A stretch of DNA of 63,257 nucleotides from a virus. Its lineage: Duplodnaviria > Heunggongvirae > Uroviricota > Caudoviricetes. The notes below the pieces were generated by a model, which worked only from the letters and a program-made list of their open reading frames with translations, did no database searches and was not told the DNA's origin. The translations under genes were made by a program, and so were the position numbers. The stretch lies in the IMG/VR virus record IMGVR_UViG_3300032167_002310, one strand, 5' to 3'. Shown piece by piece: positions 22,901 through 30,600 of the stretch (position 1 is the first letter of the stretch; each line of letters starts with the position of its first letter).

Positions 22901-24436
22901 GACACAACCATTACAGATGATGATATCAATCAGATTAGCAGTATCAATATGTTAAAGACATTCATTACCGATAGTAAGTTCCAAGGTATGGCTGGTAACG
23001 TTCCTAATATCAGTGGTATTATTTATGTTAACAATACTGATGAAGCTGACATTGTTGATGAACTTTATGTAAGAAATACTCTTGTTAAGAACTATCCTTC
23101 CTTAACATTCTTCTTCGCTAACGTGAATAAGGCTAACACTGCTAAGTTTATCATTATGGAAGAGGACGGAACTTATAAGTATGTAGCTAATGCAAATCCT
23201 CAAAATACTGAAATTTCAGTACAAAAAGTTGCAGATGGCTCTTGGTTCTCTAACCCTTATGAGTTATACAATCCTCAGAAGGATAACTATGACTTCCACG
23301 GTTGGTCTACAACCAACGATAAGACAGGATTAATTTCAAGCGCCGAGGCGACACCTGCCGCACAGAAAGCTGCTTGGGAGGCATTAAGTCTTGAGGAAGG
23401 AAAAACTGACTACGTATTCTACGCAGTCTTCACAGTCCATGAATGGAATGTAAGATTCTGGGCGGGACCTTCTGAAACTCAGTTGACTGCTGTTGATGAT
23501 TACACAATTGTCCATGGAGAATCTCTCTACGACATTGAAAGCATTCCTTCAATTCCAGAAACATCACTCGGCGCTGAAGAGCGTTATCGTTTCTTAGGAT
23601 GGACTCAAAATGTTAAGAATCTCATTGTTGAGAATGCCTCTACTGCTAAGGTAGTAAACGTAAATACCATTATCGCTTCTCAAGATATGGACTTCTACGG
23701 CGTGTTCGTAAAAGAAAGCGTTTACGCTTCCGCAACTGATATGAAGTATTTTAAACCTGAACACATTACCTACATCGACGCTTTCACTCAGGAAGTTCTC
23801 GAAGGTTGGATGTTAACTCCTAATGTAAACCTCTCTGGTAAGATTACAATTCCTACTGAGTATAACAAAGAACCTGTTCTTCAGGTTGGTGGATTTAAGG
23901 GTTCAAACATCACTCATGTTTACTGGCATGGTACGCCTAAGGTTGTAGAAATCTTGCAGAATGGTTTTGCAGAGTGTGCAATGCTTGAAACATTCTCTAT
24001 GCCTAAGTCTATGAGAAGACTTGGAGCTTCCTGCTTCTCCGGATGTAGCTCTTTGGCTTGTCCTACTGATTTAGGAGACACTCAGATTTCTTACATTGGT
24101 AACTACGCTTACACTGGTTCCTTGAGAATTACTGATACTATTCCTGTGATGCAGTTACCTGCAACCTTGAAGCAGTTAGGTAATAACGCATTTGCGTACT
24201 TCATTAACATTAGTGCAGGCTCTGGCCCAGTTATTGAAACAGTTAACTTTGGTAAGCCAGGTAGTCCATCAGCGTTGACCACTATTGGTACAACTCCATT
24301 CGCACAGAATGAGCGTGCTATTAACAATGTTAATATCTACGTTACTGGTGGCACTCCAGACCCAACATTGCAGGCTACAGTCAACGACCGTATCGCTCCG
24401 GCTATCGCGGGTACCGTAAGCTATCCAAGTGCTTAA
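16973..24436 (+). CDS. Giant tail-associated adhesin-like protein (2487 aa): shared N-terminal anchor motif, poly-Gly linker, Listeria-Bacteroides-type repeats and BspA-like LRRs near the C-terminus
   Basis: N-terminus WVYFASDTGKIYFDLDVDTRVAMGGSG; SGGGGGGGGS linker (nt ~17326-17352); FHGWSTTND...VFYAVF and YRFLGWTQN...FYGVFV repeat units; LRR-like segments LGASCFSGCSSL / IGNYAYTGSLRI / LGNNAFAYF. Confidence 0.6.
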   Translation: MTDKTKFRPVTGLDESIQNAPKNPGWVYFASDTGKIYFDLDVDTRVAMGGSGVSLLYGEAGTIDPDEYSLYHLSFDDLEEEVVPKEGDLILNQDGIFYRVQEVNSVEKTIACTIMSVSGGGGGGGGSNFAKKIGITMKSLATSNLLNGQTCEIFFTANSGIDVDGSIMDDRLTVSWTLAERIGSATSEYANGIIDVATGVEASFEFGTRLRQNATSILTMWTQGTNSGESTKKSVTVQTSELTLSPSANFSALTRYTPDKVLLQCNAVGSMDKVLDFYFDGNLIQSRVLTAQSENFQSYQVDKEIATHGNHTCRIELYQGIRTGNVVDRGLAVPALEFEIGVFEVGNTTPVIWLGDYQETYYNYDNIQIPFLAYDPSNSNQITVNLKKNGIELPGSPRTIDTTKMDKWNLFEITDAEMEKQNRYSISCGDVERTIVFEVIQDPTRTMEYVKQESLFLKFDAKGRSNSESVVNRQNWETEDGAIKAEFKDFNWYNNGWVLDEDNQTCLRISNGAEFSLPIGQMTFNDSTIGRDSNSIEIQFKVRNVQDYSNLIKNVTRYSGDENFYNAFMAQDTYDNYDAFLQYWLPIYPIEKEEDRVKYDDLEFSRVQKNITLEKAVCKYYSGDNAGATGLCLGPQDAFFSNGTDTVSVDYVEGKMVYLTMVFSKSSQLMYIYINGVITGVIKASSADAFTIESDKLIFNSNYCDIDLYKIRIYNTDLNVNDVVTNHSVDKKDVLIYDQNKLAVENESINEFQFKFEEMIKYNEAHPDAPLMPYIVYSTELTGDDRLPWSKKTEIAAKIEFVNTGLDAAFASGELLDLAIKDGLCAATSDAATKEAAVKTYYKHHCPSWTGDYCELVVQGTSSEFYPRRNYKIKLKTDYHPNANEKKLYHILLNKGPFAQDYLDDQAKLAAGEIQYGKESTRQKGWYMDNYTNATDRWTMKVDYMESSGSYNAGFASLVGTAYSKHPLQDYIKAGAFAGTDSMITDVIPGNSDIRWDDYRTSLKGFPVLAFHKKSDGSYLYVGMYRMLLDKGSDDVLGFNLPEEVTGNFLGGEEMSKMAECWEFCNNARGFCSYRDPWNRVELSFRAPKGESNEFTSAGAPIITDNIEYRYNTNEDYIDILLNLIDKDGKVAVTPENNAKIKAEFGDEYDVIADPDKGRELIYKFYKNWEDVNKWVWSTNTENVVAEGSYQIAPVGDVQYAPGTYYVYDEEQNAYVKEADDSVWDRNTDYFEQHEDENDEGETVISYAKVFATTGIYLWSETTSPGMFYSENDGAYTTINSKTFDSEIDYYELVIDESYKDNADRLVEICNDEAYDASKEYYTYDGSVKVGTRATVKVDAATAEANYAPGKYYVPKKVKYGIREYEYDTQEYRAAKFVNELTDHFDPEYLATYFIMTEVFECYDSRGKNCMMASWGPLKEGGNYIWYPIFYDIDTQLGINNTGIPSFEYNVDATEAGNYSTSDSLLWNNFYKYFKNSYILMKYKHLRGTTVGVDWTKLKQPTLEKIENIESWYKFEESATGSLMARGVRPLIATNLDMWWKYITITNNKGTKDGLTGWLNRDGQYITDTNGTYFYALQGDRSLSRQQFLTNRIEYIDSWLNQGNYQRGGSNNIRGRVAANNPTKTSDVWVNSVDTPYYNENGSKRYPFDAQYWIDLKPIRSSYVTVSDDAEAYPSQKYDGINPVKFEITAIQNGVMNSANYPEQLLYVYGMNKMADLGEMHNLYWQEFDLTGDATHLTTLKLGYDGVEIDPDTGEEITWRNDKINQPSIPGSKEDTFGGMPLLKEVNLCNLQVSTGSPTLDFSSCEKLQNFRATGSNFVAFNFAEGVALHTLYLPSSLTRLELTEANLLTNLITEYEAPKRDTLGNLVAKRGLYLEGMFEENATVINTLNFRGGSLGYDGYKLLNKYFEIRNAQSTTSKIQMTNVNWCPYVQLVEGDEYDPTAKYYKDDGHYGFVEYEYDEHKFETDILNGELYRKDTTITDDDINQISSINMLKTFITDSKFQGMAGNVPNISGIIYVNNTDEADIVDELYVRNTLVKNYPSLTFFFANVNKANTAKFIIMEEDGTYKYVANANPQNTEISVQKVADGSWFSNPYELYNPQKDNYDFHGWSTTNDKTGLISSAEATPAAQKAAWEALSLEEGKTDYVFYAVFTVHEWNVRFWAGPSETQLTAVDDYTIVHGESLYDIESIPSIPETSLGAEERYRFLGWTQNVKNLIVENASTAKVVNVNTIIASQDMDFYGVFVKESVYASATDMKYFKPEHITYIDAFTQEVLEGWMLTPNVNLSGKITIPTEYNKEPVLQVGGFKGSNITHVYWHGTPKVVEILQNGFAECAMLETFSMPKSMRRLGASCFSGCSSLACPTDLGDTQISYIGNYAYTGSLRITDTIPVMQLPATLKQLGNNAFAYFINISAGSGPVIETVNFGKPGSPSALTTIGTTPFAQNERAINNVNIYVTGGTPDPTLQATVNDRIAPAIAGTVSYPSA

Positions 24437-24453
24437 TAAGGAGGTAAAAACAA

Positions 24454-24672
24454 ATGACTAAAACAGTTTATTACGTTTACCTTGGTACGAACGGGACTAT
24501 TACAAGTCCCGTTCATTTAGAGGACGTTTACTACATTCGTAAATACCTCTTGACTGCAGAAGATGGCAAAAAGCTTACTAAGGATAATAAGAATTTTGTC
24601 GATTCTGTAATGATTCCAGAAGGTGAACTTGACCTTTGGAAAGAAGTAAAGGCTCCAACTGGTCAGAAATGA
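24454..24672 (+). CDS. Small hypothetical protein (72 aa)
   Basis: Strong RBS aaggaggtaaaaacaaATG. Confidence 0.4.
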   Translation: MTKTVYYVYLGTNGTITSPVHLEDVYYIRKYLLTAEDGKKLTKDNKNFVDSVMIPEGELDLWKEVKAPTGQK

Positions 24673-24720
24673 TTATTATAAACTATTCTTTTTTCAAAAT
24701 TATTTGAAAGAAGAGTTGGG

Positions 24721-24749
24721 GGAGGCTGTGTTTTTCGCAACCGGCCTCC
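24721..24749 (+). terminator. Weak candidate hairpin (GC stem ggaggc / gcctcc with long loop)
   Basis: 6-bp GC stem at 24721-24726 / 24744-24749; no convincing T-run. Confidence 0.25.
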
Positions 24750-24785
24750 TTCAATTAAAATTTTAAGAAAGGATTGGACGATTGA

Positions 24786-26840
24786 ATGATTACATATGTT
24801 AATAAAAAGAATGCCGGTCAGTATCAATTCTTATATGAACTCGCTTCTAAAGACTTAAGAACCCATGATGGTGATGGTCGTGAAGTTCCATTCGGTTCTG
24901 CAGATGCGCTTCTTCCTATGGAAGCTATCACATTAGATGCAGAAACTTATATGCAGGATAGATACTATGTAATCGATGCAGTTACAGGCGGCTATACATT
25001 GTGTACAGATGAAGAGTTCGACGCAGCTAAGTCCTACTACAAGAGTGATGATATCACCACTCTGGACGAGTATTTCTCATTCATTGAAGAGTTGAACAAA
25101 ATTAATCGTAATAAGTACACTCGTCTTCCATTAGATGAGGAAGTCTTTACAATTAACGCTGACACAAGATTTATTACCGTACCTCCTTCATTTGCTTCTA
25201 ATGGCGTTGCTGTTCAGGGTGATGAAGTTGCTGAGGTTGTATATTTTAAAGTAAACAGATTCTTTGATGTAACTGACTTGGATACCAAGGACATTTACAT
25301 TCAGTGGCGTTCTCCTGCAAAAGATGCAAATGGTAACTTTATCGAGGGTGTTTCTGCACCTTGGATTAAAGATATTGAGAGTGAACCTGGCTATATCATC
25401 TTTGGTTGGCCTCTTTCTTCTACAATCACCCAGGCCGCAGGTGACGTTCAGTTCGCAGTTCGTTTCTATGAGTTCAATGATAAGAAGCAGCTTGTTTACT
25501 CCTTGTCTACTTTAACTCAGAAAGTAACTGTTAAACCTTCTCTCGATTTTAACCTTCCTGATATCATTCTTGATAACAAGGATAAGATTGATGATATGAC
25601 AACTCTTATCAATGACAGATTTGAGAACTCTACTCTTGTTAGCGGTTCTGTTGAGGCTATTGATCCTCGCTGGACTAAAGTTCTCACTGAAACTGATAAG
25701 GAAATCGTAAACCTTGACAAAGATGAAAATGGTTTCAGAACCAAGTCCATTACTAAGAGTGTTCAGGCTGTTGCTGATGACGGCGGTCGTATCTCTTACG
25801 GCTGGAGAAAGTTCTCCATCGACAATGGCGCAGGCTTAGATATGTTCTCTGAAATCACTATGGCTTTGACCGAGGATACCGAGAGACAGGATGGTAAGTT
25901 GTACTACCAGAAGGCTGTTGCTCCAGCTTCCGTTGGTGACTACATCCTTTATAATGGAAGCTTCGATAAAGACGCAGATGAATATCCAGTTGATGGTATC
26001 TTTGAGAAGTTCTCTACTGGTACAATCGATGGAATTGGTGAGTACTTTGTATTCGCGACTAACCGTTTGCGTAACAGCACTAAGAAAGTTCAGTCTAAGA
26101 CAATTATTGTTCCAAGACCAAAGCTTCCTGTATTCGCTGATGACGCAGCAAATCTTCCTTTGTCTGGCATTTTGTTAGCTGACAAGGAATATGATTTATC
26201 TCTTAAAGTAAATCCTACAATGCCTGACGCAGGTAAGTTTACTTATCAGTGGCAGAAGTGTGCTCCTGGCAAAGACCCAGCAATTGAAGAGTCTTGGGAG
26301 AACATCACAGATGCAGTTGCAGAAGAGTATCTCGTTGAAGGTACTGATGTTGAGACTGCTGAAGCTGGCGGTGTAGGTGATGGCTATTATAGAGTAGTTG
26401 TTACTAACAACGTAAACAAGGAATCTATTTCCTTAAATAGCTATGCTTGTAGAGTAACTCACACAGCAGCAACTCCTAAGGTAAGTGTTGTTGGTGACAT
26501 TAGCTTTACTGTTGATGACATGCTTATTGACCATCAATATCTTGAAGTAACTCATAGCTTTGCTGCTAACTGCGGTGAAACTATTCAGAGAACTGAAGAT
26601 GATAAGATTTCTTATCAATGGTTCAAATATAGAGCTAACGGTAGAACTGTTGAAGATGACATTGAGGCTTCTGATGAAGGTCGCTACGAGAGAAACATTA
26701 ATGACTTGCTCATTGAAGGTGAAACTGGTGCAACCTATCAGCCTACTTCTTCTGGTTATTACTACTGTGAAGTAACCAACCTTTATAACGGAACTAAGGC
26801 TTCTAAAGTTTCAAGATTCTTCGCTGTTGCTGAAGCTTAA
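24786..26840 (+). CDS. Ig-like domain-containing virion surface protein (684 aa)
   Basis: Two I-set-like signatures: YQWQK...GYYRVVVTN and YQWFKY...GYYYCEVTN (W..K...Y.C.VTN pattern); N-terminal domain paralogous to the downstream 198-aa gene. Confidence 0.55.
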   Translation: MITYVNKKNAGQYQFLYELASKDLRTHDGDGREVPFGSADALLPMEAITLDAETYMQDRYYVIDAVTGGYTLCTDEEFDAAKSYYKSDDITTLDEYFSFIEELNKINRNKYTRLPLDEEVFTINADTRFITVPPSFASNGVAVQGDEVAEVVYFKVNRFFDVTDLDTKDIYIQWRSPAKDANGNFIEGVSAPWIKDIESEPGYIIFGWPLSSTITQAAGDVQFAVRFYEFNDKKQLVYSLSTLTQKVTVKPSLDFNLPDIILDNKDKIDDMTTLINDRFENSTLVSGSVEAIDPRWTKVLTETDKEIVNLDKDENGFRTKSITKSVQAVADDGGRISYGWRKFSIDNGAGLDMFSEITMALTEDTERQDGKLYYQKAVAPASVGDYILYNGSFDKDADEYPVDGIFEKFSTGTIDGIGEYFVFATNRLRNSTKKVQSKTIIVPRPKLPVFADDAANLPLSGILLADKEYDLSLKVNPTMPDAGKFTYQWQKCAPGKDPAIEESWENITDAVAEEYLVEGTDVETAEAGGVGDGYYRVVVTNNVNKESISLNSYACRVTHTAATPKVSVVGDISFTVDDMLIDHQYLEVTHSFAANCGETIQRTEDDKISYQWFKYRANGRTVEDDIEASDEGRYERNINDLLIEGETGATYQPTSSGYYYCEVTNLYNGTKASKVSRFFAVAEA

Positions 26841-26879
26841 TTTTGAGCAAGATTTCGCTAAAAAGGAGGGTTTAGGCTT

Positions 26880-27476
26880 ATGAAGACAGAATCTAAAGAA
26901 TACTATGATTTGCTTTATGAAATCCAGGATTTCAATAGACCGAGCTTAGCCGTCTTGCTTCCAGGGACAGAGAAGATTTATCGAGTGGACCTAAACACTC
27001 GTACAATCGAGGCTCCTGAGTATTTAAGCGTTGAATCTGACCATCGTTCAGAATATATTTATTTCAAAACTGGAAGATATTACGACAATCTTGATTTATC
27101 CGGTGCCGTGTGCGTGATCCAATACATCAACGCACTCGGTGAGCCGAGAGTTTTTGCCGTACCTTACTTCGACGTTGATACATTCTCTGATGATAATGAT
27201 ATGGTTTTTTATTGGAGAATTGACCAAGAGGTAACTAAGGCTTCTGGCGATGTAGAATTCTCTATTCGATTCTATTTACTTGACGACAATTATGTTGACA
27301 AGAAATTAATCTTTAACTTAAATACCTTACCTGCTTCAAGTAAAGTATTATCTGGTATCGATTTTGACCCAGAAGGATTCAAACCTAATGAGGATTGGAT
27401 GGCGGACTACTTAGCTCAAATTGCGGCAGCCGCAAAAGAAGCTTATGAAAAGGACGTATACTGGGTAGTAATTTAA
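26880..27476 (+). CDS. Paralog of the N-terminal domain of the 684-aa Ig-like protein (198 aa)
   Basis: ASGDVEFSIRFYLLDD / KKLIFNLNTLPASSKV aligns with AAGDVQFAVRFYEFND / KKQLVYSLSTLTQKV of the upstream gene. Confidence 0.5.
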   Translation: MKTESKEYYDLLYEIQDFNRPSLAVLLPGTEKIYRVDLNTRTIEAPEYLSVESDHRSEYIYFKTGRYYDNLDLSGAVCVIQYINALGEPRVFAVPYFDVDTFSDDNDMVFYWRIDQEVTKASGDVEFSIRFYLLDDNYVDKKLIFNLNTLPASSKVLSGIDFDPEGFKPNEDWMADYLAQIAAAAKEAYEKDVYWVVI

Positions 27477-27485
27477 GACTTTTTT

Positions 27486-27530
27486 GGGGAAGAGCATCCT
27501 TCGGGGTGTTCTTCCCCTTTTTCTTATTTG
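27486..27530 (+). terminator. Rho-independent terminator
   Basis: Imperfect GC-rich stem ggggaagagcatcc / gggtgttcttcccc with ttcg loop, followed by tttttcttattt. Confidence 0.7.
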
Positions 27531-27621
27531 GCCAGAAAGTAATAATATGACTTGAATTACTTTCAAAGATATATAGGATGAATTATAAAAATTGAAGCGA
27601 TAAAGGAGGTTTAAAAATTTT

Positions 27622-30600
27622 ATGGCAACCAATGTAAAATTTTCGACCGGTTTAGAAGAAGACCTTCTGAAGCTTAATTCTGATAAAACCTATGTCAATA
27701 AGATAGATAACGGACACATTTACTTCACAACAAGAACCAATGATGAAGGTGAGGTTATTGGTTCAATCTTTTATGACGTAGATGACAAGCGTGTAAGTAT
27801 GGGCGGCGGTATCGCTGAGCAAGCAAAAGCTGACGATATGAAACAAAACATCGCAGATACTTATGTGACAAGAATTTCAAGCGAAGGAACAAAGTACGCA
27901 AGTACCGACGGTGTAACAATTACTACTTATAATGGTAGAAATGTTGCATTGGATACTATTATGTTGCCGGTCGCAAGTGCGAACCGCGCAGGTACTGTAA
28001 TCGCCGGTGCGCAAACATTTGCCGGAAATAAAACTTTTAATAACAATATCTTATTTCCAAATGTTTCAACTGGAATTTCAAGCGGAATTCGTTGGACTGT
28101 TGGTGATAGCGATGGTGCCCGTATTATTACTGGCGCAACCGCAAGTGATGCGGGATACTTAGAAATTGCCGTAAAATCCGATGGAAACGAGCCAATTTAC
28201 GTACGTCAATATTCTGGTGATTTCGCGACTTTAGTACGAACCTTAACTTTGTTAGATGCTTCTGGTAATACAATTATTCCAGGAAGTTTACTTCCAACAG
28301 CAAAAGACACCAAAGATTTAGGCTCTGAAACCTATAGATGGAATAATGCTTATATTAAAAATGTTCAAGCAGACACTTTAAGTGGTCACTTAACAGGCTC
28401 ATTAACAGGTAACGTAACTGGTAATGTAACCGGACATGCCAGCTTAGATTTACCTTTAGCGGGCGGAACAATGACTGGTGATATTACATTTAAAGCAATT
28501 GCATCTTGGCCTGCCGCGAGCGGAGAAACTTACCCAATTAAATCTAAAGGATTAAAGTGGAGTGGTAGTTCTGATACTGCAGCTATCTATTACCAAGTAG
28601 ATGGTGCAGACAGTGGACATTTATATATTAGCATGGGTGACGATGATGCCGCATCTGTCAAGTTTGCTAAGAGTGGAATTGCGCACACAATTTTTGACAG
28701 CGCTGGTAAATTGTATCCAGTAACTAATGACACTGGTTATATTGGTACGTCTTCTAATAAATTTAAAGCTATTTATGCAACAAATTTCTACGGAATCATT
28801 GAGAAAGCATATCAAGATGAAAGTGGAAATAATATTAAAGCGACTTACGCTGCAACCTTAAAAAATCACGCTCATGATGGAAATGGTTGGAGCTTTAGAT
28901 TGTTAAATAAAAACGGAGCAGCTTTGGCTGATGCTCTTACAATTCCAGGAGCAACCGCAGAAAAAGCTGGTCTCATTACCACAGGTGCTCAGACTTTTGC
29001 AGGAAAGAAAACCTTTAATGGTCAAGTTGTTATTGCAAATACAACTGATGCTGCTAAAGCAACCGCAAATTCTGGAGCATTAATCGTAGGTAACCCAAGC
29101 GGAGAGCATTTAGCTATTGATGGAAACGAAATTATGGCCAAAGCGAGCGGAACAACGGTTCGCGCACTTCTCTTCCAATTAGATGGTGGAGAAACTAAAT
29201 TTGGTGGTAGTGTTCTTCCATATACAACAGATACTCACTCTCTTGGTACTGAGGCTCTTGCTTGGAAAGAAGCTCACATTGGAGAAATTTATGGACATTT
29301 AACAGGTTCTTTAACTGGTAATGTAACTGGCAATGCAACAAGCGCTTCAAAATTATTAACCGCAAGAAAAATTATCTTGGGTAATGATTTACAAGGTTCA
29401 GTATCTTTTGATGGTACTAAGGATGTTACAATTAGTGCGGCAAGCTATTCTGCTTCTATTGGGGGCGGCAATAAAGCTAATTATCCATGGCATAGAATTG
29501 CAACTACCGGCGCAAACGCAGTAACAAGTATTTACAATGATAAAGATATTGTTATTGTAATTCGTCACAGTTATAATAACGGTGGATATGGTATTGCTAA
29601 AGTATCTATGCGTACTAACAATGCTTCTGGTGGTGCAACTGCTAATTGTACTATTACTTGGTTAGTGAGATATAATATCGCAGAAGACGCTTTGCAAGCT
29701 GGATTTAGAAACACTGCCGCAGACTCTTATGCAGATTTGTTCTATAAATGTAACACTTATCCAAGAGCAACTGTATATCAACTTCAAGGTAATCGAGCTT
29801 GGACTTTAATTAGTTCTACTGAAGCAAGCGACACAACTACAACAGATAAGAAAACATCTTCTGAAGCATACGCTACTATTGCAGCCGCAGCAACTGAACT
29901 GGGACGTACATACACCCACACTATTGTGGCAGAAGATGGGGGTATTATTGGAAAGGCTTATATGGATGAGTCTGGCAATAATATTAAAGCTTCTTATCTC
30001 GCAAGCATTCAGCAAGTAACTTCTGATAAAGACACATTTACATTCCGTGGTTATAACAAGAATAACGCGGCAATGAATAACTTAATTATTATTCCAGCTG
30101 CAACTGCAAGTGGTACGGACCAAACAAAATGGAAAGCTGGTTTAGTAACTTCTCAAGCTCAAACATGGGCGGGAGATAAAACCTTTACTGGCAATATTAT
30201 TATTGCACATACGGCTTCTACTGATATGACCGCAAGTTCTACCAATCCAAAAATTACTTTCTCTGAAGGTGGTACTCATCAACCAGTACATTTAATTTAT
30301 ACAGATTATGATGGTTATCGTAGTCCTGCAGGATTAAAAGTTATTGGTGGCACAAGCGCAACCCCTGCTTGGTTTGAAGTAGAAGGTGCATTGTTTGTTG
30401 GTGGAGCATCAACTCTCAATGGTAATGTATCTATCAAGGGTAATATTATGCCTCAAGTAGATAATACCTATGTCATTGGTGATTTGAACGCTAAGTGGAA
30501 AGATATTTATTCTACTACAGCACATGTATATAACACACTTTATGTAAATACTTCTACTACTGGCACTGTTGGTGGTATTGCATTGCATGGTACTGTTGAC

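Noticed and set aside
24673-24785. 113-nt intergenic region checked for a tRNA or small RNA gene
   Set aside because: No T-loop (GTTCRANYC) or acceptor-stem pattern, only a weak GC hairpin. No tRNA-like sequence was recognised anywhere in the window.
27531-27621. TTGAAT / TATATA / TATAAA elements upstream of the 2023-aa fiber gene, considered as a sigma-70 promoter
   Set aside because: Spacings between candidate -35 and -10 hexamers are 12 or >30 nt. Not a convincing sigma-70 promoter.
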